Shown: piece after piece, positions 17,001 through 24,662 of the stretch
How the letters are laid out: every line of letters starts with the position of its first letter
Position numbering within the stretch: position 1 is the stretch's first letter
Source of the DNA: a virus
Lineage: Duplodnaviria; Caudoviricetes
DNA length: 28,779 nt
Virus record (IMG/VR): IMGVR_UViG_3300028837_001194
Location: 1 to 28,779 of that record
Strand: one strand, 5' to 3'
The notes under the pieces: model-generated
The model's input: the letters and a program-made list of their open reading frames with translations, nothing else
Databases searched by the model: none
Told to the model about the DNA's origin: nothing
Program-made: the position numbers and the translations under genes

Positions 17001-18647
17001 CCACGTCAGACCTGAACCATCACCTGAAGTGCCACTGTCAACATAGCGAATCGTTCCAGCACCACCTAATATGGTTGGTGTGTCAAGATTCAACTCCTCA
17101 ATACGCCTGACCATAACCTGGTCGCCACTTCCCAAAGCGGCACTAAAAGTTTCGACAGTAAATGTTCCGGTCAGTGAGACGTAATCAGTGATGTCTCTAA
17201 TTTCACCTTCCGGAGCATTGCCAACCGAATCATAGTTGAGCGTGCAAATCATAGACCAGCCTGTATTAAAGTAGTCATCGCCGAAACCGGCCAGTAAAGC
17301 AACAACAGGAGCCGTCTGGCTGGCAGCAGTATTATTACCTACATAACCGGTATCGGATAGAGCGGCTATCGAAGAGGCGATAGAGGATATTGAGGATGGT
17401 ATGTCCGTACCGGTATCCACAAGTATCGAGTCAACATTGCCTGATACCGTTGATACTGCTGAAGCAGTAGCACCAGCCGTATCGGAACCGTAAAGTAATG
17501 TTCTTGCTTCTGCTGATGTATCCCAAGCCGCTGTATCGGCAAGAATATCATCGGTATCTGAACCTATGTGGTCTAATGCAGCTTTGATGTTATCGTCAAC
17601 AGCAGAACCAGTAACGGGGCCGGTGAACGCACCGAGCATACTTTCAATGTTTCTTCCCGGTAAAGCCTCAGTCTGCATAGCTACATTGTCCGGCGATACG
17701 AACATAGCAGCACCGACAAGTTCAAAACCAGCGCCATTGGCATAGCAGGCATTGTTAATAAAAGCCCCATTAGTTGATGCTTCTACCTGTAATGTCTTAC
17801 CCGCCGTAGCATCCAGATTGACAACGTAGTTATCGGTAATCATTACACCCGTTGAGGTTGCCTGTAAAATATCGACAACACTTGCGCTCCATGTACCGAT
17901 AAATGTATTACCCTGAATGATTGTCTTATCAGAACCGCCTGCAAAATAAATCGCCGAAGTGGGGTCGGAACTGGCACCGCCGATAAATCTATTACCTGCA
18001 ATAGTCAGAGCATCGGCGTCAGTAGCCACATTAAGCATTATCAGTTGTTCCATAGAACTTGATGTTTCCCAGAACTCGCAGCCAATAATCCGTGTACCAT
18101 CGCCGTCACCGTTGATATAAATACCTGCGGTTATACCACCGGAATAAGCACCCAGAAAACGCATATTGTAAATCGTTATATCGGCCTCGCTTATTGTCAG
18201 TTCTGCTCCGGCATTTGTTATGAAGGAAATCGTCGGCTGGTTTTCACCTTCACCGAATCCGACAATAGTAATACCTTCACAATCCGCATCGAGAGCAGAA
18301 GCAGCGGTAATGTTTTCTTCGTGGTTCTCGGCGACGTAAACGAAATCGCCTAAATTCGCCGAACACAAATCAATACCTTCCTGCAAAGTTCCGACAGCAG
18401 TCGCCCACGAAAGACCTGTAGAACCATCAACGGCAGAATCGACATAGTAAATCGTACCAGAACCTATATCCATACCGCCTAAACCTGCCTCCACTTCTGT
18501 CATAAAACGGTAAACCGGGTCGTTACTGCTGCCGGTCCTTACAAACTGAAGGTTCTTTTTGTAGTTATCAGCCCCGTAAGTCAGAGCGGCCTGTGCACAA
18601 GTAGCCAATAACAGAAATATAATAGTGGCATAAATTACCTTTTTCAT
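14070..18647 (-). CDS. 1525-aa acidic protein with signal peptide and four tandem right-handed beta-helix (pectin-lyase-like) domains; putative spike/adhesin
   Basis: MKKVIYATIIFLLLATCAQA|A. The cap motif GxGxIxYVDS..G.G.SW..A..TL..A......GD.IYVAxGH.E occurs four times (~18450, ~17045, ~16200, ~15315), each followed by ITIxNxxF/IxNCxF rungs. TAAGGAG RBS. Confidence 0.82.
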   Translation of the reverse strand: MKKVIYATIIFLLLATCAQAALTYGADNYKKNLQFVRTGSSNDPVYRFMTEVEAGLGGMDIGSGTIYYVDSAVDGSTGLSWATAVGTLQEGIDLCSANLGDFVYVAENHEENITAASALDADCEGITIVGFGEGENQPTISFITNAGAELTISEADITIYNMRFLGAYSGGITAGIYINGDGDGTRIIGCEFWETSSSMEQLIMLNVATDADALTIAGNRFIGGASSDPTSAIYFAGGSDKTIIQGNTFIGTWSASVVDILQATSTGVMITDNYVVNLDATAGKTLQVEASTNGAFINNACYANGAGFELVGAAMFVSPDNVAMQTEALPGRNIESMLGAFTGPVTGSAVDDNIKAALDHIGSDTDDILADTAAWDTSAEARTLLYGSDTAGATASAVSTVSGNVDSILVDTGTDIPSSISSIASSIAALSDTGYVGNNTAASQTAPVVALLAGFGDDYFNTGWSMICTLNYDSVGNAPEGEIRDITDYVSLTGTFTVETFSAALGSGDQVMVRRIEELNLDTPTILGGAGTIRYVDSGTSGDGSGLTWENAYSTLILAEAASSAGDVIYIADGHNEGWTQAAQPIIDVANLTIIGLGEGDARPLFDFDGNTTLVLTINAAGVTLKNLRFNPSASVMTKGIHFESGAIGCTMDNCAFITGEQSGDEWEDAILVDATAVVTINNCTYVNPNATAGEADTFINLEDTTIDNCTITNCRIFGTFADAAVYWGAAVPVNLTITNNIISNYTSAAMCVEGSGAATGVCSGNRLYANTYGSVLDPGSMMCFENYGSNAINTSAYLVPEVDDEVAEYGTGRIFYVDSGTPGAGDGRSWATAVATLGAAEALCTDDRGDTIYVAAGHAEGTLTTEYADIDVGGVTIIGLGNGDLRPTFTYTGGSATLSIDNDDITIKNLHFIAGADSVLVAITVKTGAENCRIEDCQFSFASATNEFDHCIDHAAANNNFVIKNCRFQMGANDAVAMVHFEDSDYAEIVGNEVHGDYSTACIHSDTTAADHIVIKHNTLFNGTIGGIAGLNTEPCIELLETTTGVISDNSLFCDVATPEASIVGADMFLARNTYSEIESTAGSRLIGDDQSLDVDIAGLVGKGTGQVWYVDRSGSGEDGRSWGSAFTTINLAEAACTADAGDIILVAEGHYEDVSNADAVDLDVAGISVIGMGVGNARPRIDFENAAAEVVISKANITIKNIQFRPGATNVLKAIDIEATGLNATIEDCAFLDGEETTVDEFVDGIIVHSTATGVTVRNCTYKTLNVTDGHVTTFVNLDQGACVDTTIENNVVYGDFSEAPIWGAAQVCLNLNIHNNILTNVNTGEHCIEFAGNATGMCTGNKMYADTWGSILDPGYMKCFENYAIDATDESGRLVPATSTVAGQTYTAVCTTSTAFAEDLFAVSAPIYILDFVGIVTTEIAAGPGNMKIWCDATTPAQDVDFSTAVATEGDAVGTKYVFSNATPSVLTPCEAAANGATSLFDSWFCPIGDIEQTNTDGDATGVIIWYLTWRCITDGTTVVAQ

Positions 18648-18676
18648 TAAAGTATCTCCTTAATTATATTTTTGAT

Positions 18677-19015
18677 TTAAGATTTAGCGTCAGCGACCAG
18701 CTTTTTGGCCTCGGCAATGGCATCGGCTTTAGCTTTATCCGCAGCCTTTTTTGTTGCTTCAGCTTCTTTTTGGGCTTCCTTTTCGGCTGCTTCTTTAGCC
18801 AATAATTCCTTTGCAGCCGCGATTTTTGCAGCTCTTTCCTCTGCTGCCCTCTTCTTAGCAGTCGCATCTCTTTTGGCTTTCTCAATCGCAGCTTTCGCCT
18901 TCGCTCTTTTTTCTATCATTGGTGCAATCACAAACTTGATTTCTTCTATCTCGTCCACCAAGCCATCCAGAAAACTCTTTAGGGCTTCAGGATTCATATT
19001 CTCAATTTTCTTCAT
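18677..19015 (-). CDS. Ala/Lys/Glu-rich coiled-coil protein, 112 aa
   Basis: AAGGGG RBS; low-complexity AKAKAAIEKAK...AADKAKADA C-terminal region. Confidence 0.75.
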   Translation of the reverse strand: MKKIENMNPEALKSFLDGLVDEIEEIKFVIAPMIEKRAKAKAAIEKAKRDATAKKRAAEERAAKIAAAKELLAKEAAEKEAQKEAEATKKAADKAKADAIAEAKKLVADAKS

Positions 19016-19029
19016 AAGTTATTCCCCTT

Positions 19030-19054
19030 AAAAAATGGGGCGGTTTCCCGCCCC
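19030..19054 (-). terminator. Intrinsic terminator after the capsid/cement genes
   Basis: Minus strand GGGGCGG-GAAA-CCGCCCC followed by ATTTTTT. Confidence 0.85.
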
Positions 19055-19060
19055 TTGTTA

Positions 19061-19591
19061 TTAACTTCCAGCCGATGCCTTGCTTGGAACGCCAACGGGA
19101 GATTCAACCTTAATAGTCCTGTCAGCCGTCGGAGGTTTCGTTGGTGAAAGTGCGGCATTGATTGAGATATTGGCATCGCCATTACCGTCAGCAAGCGTGG
19201 ACATCAAACCGATATAGACATCATCCGAATCGGTAAGACTTTGCTCACTGCGGAAATCCCTTATTGTCTGGGAAAGTATGGCTCCAATATTGGCATAGGC
19301 TAAATGTCGTCCTAAAGTCAAAAGTCGTTTATCAGTAGCTCCGGTTATCGTAACGCTCAGAATCTCTTTGTAAGTAGTAAGAGCCGTCGTTGTGGCAACT
19401 CTCAGAGAAAAGGTATATGTTGAACTGCTCCCACCGTTGCCGTCGTTAACTGTTTCGGTATCAACAACCCACCATACATTCTCCATTCCGTGCCCTAATA
19501 CTGCGGAATCTTTTATAACATTTTCAGATACCGCAGCACCGGCCACCAAGTCCTGAGCAGTTGAAAGTTCGCCTAATTTTGCAAGTATCAT
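19061..19591 (-). CDS. Capsid cement protein (BPP-1 Bbp16-like)
   Basis: The N-terminus MILAKLGELSTAQDLVAGAAVSENVI fits the Bbp16-type pattern (MI.D....S..Q......S..VI). Directly downstream of the MCP; AAAGGAG RBS. Confidence 0.75.
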   Translation of the reverse strand: MILAKLGELSTAQDLVAGAAVSENVIKDSAVLGHGMENVWWVVDTETVNDGNGGSSSTYTFSLRVATTTALTTYKEILSVTITGATDKRLLTLGRHLAYANIGAILSQTIRDFRSEQSLTDSDDVYIGLMSTLADGNGDANISINAALSPTKPPTADRTIKVESPVGVPSKASAGS

Positions 19592-19609
19592 AATTTTTCT
19601 CCTTTAATT

Positions 19610-20680
19610 TTAAGAGGCGGCGCTTACTGCGGCTTCACCTGAACCGACTTCGTGATTAAGCGCATCCATCCTGCAAATTACGATGTCCTCGCCTATCATT
19701 GACATTTTTGTACGATATATGTTCTTATCTGATGGAAAAACCATCAGCTTATCGTTATTCGTCCGAACCAGCTTGGAGTAAAGTCTTTCGTCGCAGAACA
19801 GCAGCCAGTTGGATGGTAAATCCTGAACATTACCATCAGCATTTACTTCCATAGTGCCGCCGGTTGGTGAATTGATAATGGAAGCATCCATAATTGTGTT
19901 TACAAGGTCAACGCCGGGATTGTCAGAAACGCCGCAAGCGACGTTACATATCCTCTTAACCGCCCTCTGGTCGAGCAGGCACATTCCCTTTTGAATCATA
20001 AACTCAATCATAATGTCCCATCGGTGCTCATCGCTGTTTGTGCCGAGACCATCGACGAGAACTTCGCCCTTGTCCTCTTGCTCAATTCCCAGAGTCGGAT
20101 GGTTCTTGTTGTAGAGGAAGTGGAATGTATCTATCCCCGGCTTAATCAGCCAGGCTGAACGCCGGTCGTCACCTGAACCGCCCGCAGAGAAACAGAATTT
20201 GTTGTCGTAAGTTGTATATGGCGGACGTTTCATAAGACCTTTAAGTGCCGCCTGTTCGGGTGCCGTAGTGCCTGACATCATCAGGTTAGTTACCTGCTGA
20301 TTGAGCATCATAACGTGCTCGGTTTTGGCGGCTTTGAGCAGCTTCTGTCCGACTGCGGGTTCATAAGTTGTAAATGTATCTTTCGGCGCCTGATAGGATG
20401 AGCGGATAGTACAAAGTGCTTCATCTACCGGCTCATATTCACCTTTAGACGACTTCCAGCTACCGCCCAAAGTGACAAGATAGCCTGTCGGCAGATTTAC
20501 CTGCCGAAGTGCGTGATGGGTCAATCCTTCATTTGCCGGAAACGCGGGAATAAGACGTGAAAAATCGTCCCTTTCCGCCAGAGCGTGTGCAATCTGTTCA
20601 ACAGGACTGCCGTTTGGATGGCGGAATTTCAGCAAATCATAGACATTCCCATAAGTTAATAGTGAATTAGTCGTTGCCAT
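19610..20680 (-). CDS. Major capsid protein (BPP-1 Bbp17-like)
   Basis: IAHALAERDDFSRLIPAFPANEGLTH..LRQVNLPTG, EQEDKGEVLV, RAVKRICNV and C-terminal ICRMDAL..GEAAV patterns. 356 aa; TAAGGAG RBS. Confidence 0.88.
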   Translation of the reverse strand: MATTNSLLTYGNVYDLLKFRHPNGSPVEQIAHALAERDDFSRLIPAFPANEGLTHHALRQVNLPTGYLVTLGGSWKSSKGEYEPVDEALCTIRSSYQAPKDTFTTYEPAVGQKLLKAAKTEHVMMLNQQVTNLMMSGTTAPEQAALKGLMKRPPYTTYDNKFCFSAGGSGDDRRSAWLIKPGIDTFHFLYNKNHPTLGIEQEDKGEVLVDGLGTNSDEHRWDIMIEFMIQKGMCLLDQRAVKRICNVACGVSDNPGVDLVNTIMDASIINSPTGGTMEVNADGNVQDLPSNWLLFCDERLYSKLVRTNNDKLMVFPSDKNIYRTKMSMIGEDIVICRMDALNHEVGSGEAAVSAAS

Positions 20681-20723
20681 TTGGCATACTCCTTAAACAA
20701 ATATTTCTAATTTTCGTTTTCGG

Positions 20724-20824
20724 AGTGAGGTGTCACTTATCGTGGCTCACAACATACAAGTTCAACCACTTGCAGGTTGCGTTTCTTCCAACGCCGCCAC
20801 AAGGTTCTGCCAATGGCAAAAGTG
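20724..20824 (-). promoter_or_regulatory. Putative structured 5' leader of the capsid gene
   Basis: The 174-nt non-coding gap contains nested inverted repeats (cactt/aagtg, gtggc/gccac, caac-tacaagt/acttgca-gttg, gcgtt/aacgc, tgcca/tggca). Confidence 0.5.
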
Positions 20825-20854
20825 TCTTGCTTTATTTTTGTGAGAGGTATCTGC

Positions 20855-21124
20855 TTACGCAGGCTCTTTAATTAGCATCAATACTACCTGATAATTTTTA
20901 GTAATCTTTCCTTTGTTTAATACAAATACTTCTTCAGGATTATGGCTGAGAAAGTTAATATCAAAAGACGGAGTTTCTTCAGGAAACGCTTTTCTTAAAT
21001 ATTCTTTAAGGTCGTTCCTGAAACATTCATTAGCCTTAATTCTCGGATCAGATACCTTGCTGTCTATCGGCATTCTGAAAGTCAGATAGATTTCGTTTTT
21101 TGTTTTTTTTACTTTTACTATCAT
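20855..21124 (-). CDS. Hypothetical protein, 89 aa
   Basis: TAATATG junction with the scaffold gene; no recognisable motif. Confidence 0.65.
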   Translation of the reverse strand: MIVKVKKTKNEIYLTFRMPIDSKVSDPRIKANECFRNDLKEYLRKAFPEETPSFDINFLSHNPEEVFVLNKGKITKNYQVVLMLIKEPA

Positions 21125-21125
21125 A

Positions 21126-21911
21126 TTATTCTCCCCATAAAGCTTTTGTGGTTTTCTCTAAACCTTCCTTTTCGCCGAATGATTTTTCTTTTTCTTTTTC
21201 TTTGATTTCACCACCTTCACCTCCTTCCGTTGAACCCTGTTTTGATAGCGGTGCCATTGCCGTAATTATGGCTTTGGTGAACAATGGATTTACTGCGACA
21301 ATATTACCGTTTTCGTCAAACAGGTCGTTGACTAACTGGCCTGCTTCTTCTGGTGTTAATCCTGACTTGTTTTGCAGCGTCCTCTTGAAAAGCTCCTTTT
21401 GCACTTTGTAGTTTTCATCGCCGCCGAAAGCCTGAGATAGCTTCTGATTCGTTTCTGTAACCTGCTGCTTTAATGCCTGAGTGTGAGATTCTCTTGCCTG
21501 CCTGTTAGCTGTATTCCAAAGCTCAACTGCGTTTTCGGCTGTTGTTCGGGGCATAGGATTCTTAAACAAGAATTGCTTGAACGTATTTACCATTGTCTCA
21601 TCGGCCTGTCCCCCTTCGGCCATCCCCTTCGTCCAGGGGAAATCTTTTAGCTGCTCCTCGCTCTCGACAACACCCGTAAGCTTATTTACGCCGGACATAA
21701 ACTCCGCCTTCGTCTTATCATCCGGCAGCTTGTCCATAGATTCCGGCAGCTTAAAGGGCGCTCCTATAACTTTCTGTGCCTCCAATAAGCCAACGTGTGC
21801 ATCTTCGGGAGTTTCGTACTTGCCCATTGCCTTGTTAAACGATTCTCTGTTCTCAGCCGTTATTGATGGGTGCTCAACCCCTTCGGCCCAATGTCCTTCA
21901 CCATTACTCAT
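21126..21911 (-). CDS. Capsid scaffolding protein
   Basis: Lies between portal and MCP. Charged and helical, with a KYETPEDAHVGLLEAQKVIG..KLPE pattern typical of podovirus scaffolds. Confidence 0.75.
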   Translation of the reverse strand: MSNGEGHWAEGVEHPSITAENRESFNKAMGKYETPEDAHVGLLEAQKVIGAPFKLPESMDKLPDDKTKAEFMSGVNKLTGVVESEEQLKDFPWTKGMAEGGQADETMVNTFKQFLFKNPMPRTTAENAVELWNTANRQARESHTQALKQQVTETNQKLSQAFGGDENYKVQKELFKRTLQNKSGLTPEEAGQLVNDLFDENGNIVAVNPLFTKAIITAMAPLSKQGSTEGGEGGEIKEKEKEKSFGEKEGLEKTTKALWGE

Positions 21912-21913
21912 AA

Positions 21914-22234
21914 TTATCCTTTCGATTTACCTGCTATTAACATTATTTTTTTGGCGACTTGCTTTAGAAACTTGCGGAATCTACGCTTGCGAGCCATTTT
22001 ATTTGATAAATTAGCAGTTAGAACATTTACCATTTCTTTTATAAACCCTCCGTAGTCGTGTTCGACCATAGTGCGAATCTCTATAACCACGTCATTGTGC
22101 AAGGCTTTTTCCTCCTCTGTTTTGATTTCAATAAATATTTTCTCAATTCTATAGGCTAAATAATCGTTGCCTGCTAAAAGATAAGCCCTCTGTAGCATAG
22201 TTTTATAGCCTTTTTGTTTGTCAGTTAGTGGCAT
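21914..22234 (-). CDS. Hypothetical protein, 106 aa (small gene between portal and scaffold)
   Basis: AGGAG RBS, tight packing, basic C-terminus. Confidence 0.7.
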   Translation of the reverse strand: MPLTDKQKGYKTMLQRAYLLAGNDYLAYRIEKIFIEIKTEEEKALHNDVVIEIRTMVEHDYGGFIKEMVNVLTANLSNKMARKRRFRKFLKQVAKKIMLIAGKSKG

Positions 22235-22244
22235 TAGCCTGCTC

Positions 22245-22544
22245 CTACTTTTTCACCATAGGAAATAATGCTGTGGCTATATCGTCAGTCATTAACTCAA
22301 ACTCTTTATGCGTCATAACGAACATATCTCTGCCATCTTCGCTGCGATAATGGTTTCTTCTCTGAAAACAAGAACACTCGGCAATTTCGTGAACCAGTGT
22401 TGAAAACTGCCTGTCGTCTTTATTGTGTTTTGTACCTATAGTTACAATTTGCTTACCAGTGTCTCCTTGTCCGCCGTTATGAGCACTTGTCTTGACTACT
22501 TTATGCTCAACGCCTGAAATCATTACTTTGCTTGGTAATCTCAT
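22245..22544 (-). CDS. Small zincin-like protein with degenerate HExxH (HEIAE)
   Basis: LPSKVMISGVEHKV..G..D..KQIVTI..STLVHEIAE resembles small phage metallopeptidase-like proteins; ATGA overlap. Confidence 0.6.
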   Translation of the reverse strand: MRLPSKVMISGVEHKVVKTSAHNGGQGDTGKQIVTIGTKHNKDDRQFSTLVHEIAECSCFQRRNHYRSEDGRDMFVMTHKEFELMTDDIATALFPMVKK

Positions 22545-22759
22545 TTAGCCGCCCTTAAAATTCTTTTGCATTCGCTTTTGTTATTTAACGCATAGCAGTC
22601 AATATTAATAAATCCTAAATTTACAGACCATATTAACCAACAATGGCCTTGTGCTTCATTTCGCTTGTAATATCTCCATAGGTGATAGCGAGCCCAAATT
22701 CTGTTTATATGAATTCGATAAAATGTTTTTCTTGTCTCAATTTCTATTTTTGTTCTCAT
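22541..22759 (-). CDS. Hypothetical protein, 72 aa
   Basis: Its ATG abuts the portal TAA and its TGA overlaps the next ATG. Confidence 0.6.
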   Translation of the reverse strand: MRTKIEIETRKTFYRIHINRIWARYHLWRYYKRNEAQGHCWLIWSVNLGFINIDCYALNNKSECKRILRAAK

Positions 22760-24538
22760 TTATGTTGCTCCTACAGCCTGTTTCAATATACTGGTCTCAT
22801 CGACTGGGCCGGAAACACCTTTTGCCGCCTTTGCCATCTCAATCGCATACTCAGTCTGCTTATCCGCTGCCCTCTGCCTGGCAAGTTCATCACGCAAACC
22901 CTCGTATTCGTCTTTTGTATTAACATTCTTTTGCGGGAAATTGAGGCTTTCGAGAATACCATCGCCCGTCTCGTACGGCTTTATCATTAGACGAACATAG
23001 TCCCTGTCCCCCATAGCTGTACCTATTTCCGCAAGTGCCGCAACGCCTGTCTGTATTGGTTGTAACTGCTGAGCAATCTTTTGCGCCCGCGCCAGCAGGC
23101 TTATAAATTCAGGCATAACCTCCGCCGTTGCCATACGCGTTTTGGCATTGTTCCTAATTATGTCTATGATATTCGCCATAACAGAGGGATGAAAAGGCCC
23201 GCGACCGGCCTCGTATTCCACGCCCATAATAATATCATCTGCCGGCTTTAACAGTTCGTTGGCATACGATTCAATGCCGCCTAAAAGGGTTCTTTTCTCA
23301 CCCATCATTTGTATTATCTGCGTTGCCGTTACAGGCTGTTTTATCTGCTCCGGCAATCTTGAGAACATCTTGAATAAATCTATCTCAAAATGCCGTTCAA
23401 TAGCAGCCCTGAATACCTCTGACAATTCTTTTGTGAACCTTATATCACCCAAAACCTCAAGCGGCTTGGGCGGCCTGTCGTATTCCTGCTCATCTACATA
23501 CATAGTGCCTTCGGGATCGAAATTGAGCCTGTTTTCCATACTCTTGAGCGCAATGTGAGGCATTCTCGTTGTTAGCTGCGTACCTTCAATATAGTGCTTA
23601 TGAACCTGCTGCTGAGACGCCATATCCCATATAGCCGCTGAAGCCGGCGTCCAGGAGATACTATCCCAGGGCTTTTTATTATAGTTCCAAACCATAAACG
23701 GCCTGACGAAAAAGCCGCCTTTTGACAATGGCTCTTTTTGCTTGTCCTTTTCGGCATCTTTTTCATAGTAAGCCATATACCATTTATAATCGCCAAACGG
23801 CTTTGTGAATCCCTGAGCATCCCAGATTTCATCGTCGGACTTGAATACTGCCAGTATTATCGTGTGTTCCTTGTAATAATCGCCGTTGTTGATTTCATTA
23901 TTTAGTAAGGTGCTTAATTTCTTTTCCCTCTCCGCTTTCTTGGCTTCCGGCGTTTTGGCTGTTATGAATTTGTCGCAAATCTGCTTAACCGTCCAGTTCT
24001 TGTCCCTGATTATTAAGCCTTCAGGACGACCATACCTGTCATAGAATACAAAACAGTTCCGGTAATGGTGCGGCATAAACATTACCTTTTGCTCATTTAC
24101 AATCTCCTCGGACATCATTACCGGAGAGCCTATAGTCAAGCCATCGTGTGTAAACTGCGTAGCTATATCGTAATAATTGCTTCTGCGATATGCTGCTGTC
24201 ATATGGTCTTTAATGCCCTGACACCACACATCAAGAGCATCTATGCCCCGAAGCTCAAAGGCCGCCATAATGTACATAATCCAGTCTATTTCAGAGCTTA
24301 CTAAATTATTCTGTAAGCCCTTTGACATTACCCTTGAAGCCCAGGGGCCAGTACCCTCATAAATATCCTTGCCCAAGAAATCACCTCTGCTGTTCGAATC
24401 TGATGCAATATCCATATCCGGCCTGAACAGTTCGGCAATCCTATCCCTCGATGTATTGTAGTGAGAGTATTTACTCTCCTGAAACTTCAATTTGGCAGAT
24501 ATTTTCTCGTGAAGGTTTTTATCTTCCCAAGTACTCAT
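22760..24538 (-). CDS. Portal (head-to-tail connector) protein
   Basis: IYEGTGPWASRVMSKGL, RRSNYY..D..TIGS, GGFFVRPF, RHFEIDLF, VTATQI..EK..LLG, EFISLLARAQK patterns of T7 gp8/Bbp21-type portals; 592 aa. Confidence 0.9.
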   Translation of the reverse strand: MSTWEDKNLHEKISAKLKFQESKYSHYNTSRDRIAELFRPDMDIASDSNSRGDFLGKDIYEGTGPWASRVMSKGLQNNLVSSEIDWIMYIMAAFELRGIDALDVWCQGIKDHMTAAYRRSNYYDIATQFTHDGLTIGSPVMMSEEIVNEQKVMFMPHHYRNCFVFYDRYGRPEGLIIRDKNWTVKQICDKFITAKTPEAKKAEREKKLSTLLNNEINNGDYYKEHTIILAVFKSDDEIWDAQGFTKPFGDYKWYMAYYEKDAEKDKQKEPLSKGGFFVRPFMVWNYNKKPWDSISWTPASAAIWDMASQQQVHKHYIEGTQLTTRMPHIALKSMENRLNFDPEGTMYVDEQEYDRPPKPLEVLGDIRFTKELSEVFRAAIERHFEIDLFKMFSRLPEQIKQPVTATQIIQMMGEKRTLLGGIESYANELLKPADDIIMGVEYEAGRGPFHPSVMANIIDIIRNNAKTRMATAEVMPEFISLLARAQKIAQQLQPIQTGVAALAEIGTAMGDRDYVRLMIKPYETGDGILESLNFPQKNVNTKDEYEGLRDELARQRAADKQTEYAIEMAKAAKGVSGPVDETSILKQAVGAT

Positions 24539-24570
24539 AATCTTGTTTCTCTAATATTTACTATTCTCAT
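24535..24570 (-). CDS. 11-aa coupling micro-ORF MRIVNIRETRL
   Basis: ATGA overlap with the upstream 31-aa ORF and again with the portal start. Confidence 0.35.
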   Translation of the reverse strand: MRIVNIRETRL

Positions 24571-24662
24571 AATCTGATAACATTTTTCTTCTTCGGCTTA
24601 TGAGATTCAGCCTTTTTCTGTGTTTCTTCTAAATCCTTAGCCTTGCGTCGCTTAGATGACAT
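24567..24662 (-). CDS. 31-aa Lys-rich micro-ORF
   Basis: MSSKRRKAKDLEETQKKAESHKPKKKNVIRL*; TAATG overlap with the upstream gene and AGGAGAAGG just before it. Confidence 0.55.
   Translation of the reverse strand: MSSKRRKAKDLEETQKKAESHKPKKKNVIRL

Noticed and set aside
7321-18647. Lipoprotein (SPase II) signals, suggested by the Cys residues in the leaders
   Set aside because: The contexts SSLC, AAIC, PGNC and LATC do not fit the L-[AS]-[GA]-C lipobox well, and SPase I-type sites follow.
18664-19194. Alternative minus-strand ORFs 18664..18885 and 19012..19194 (likewise 24726..24935)
   Set aside because: They overlap better-supported genes in other frames, and one runs across a terminator.
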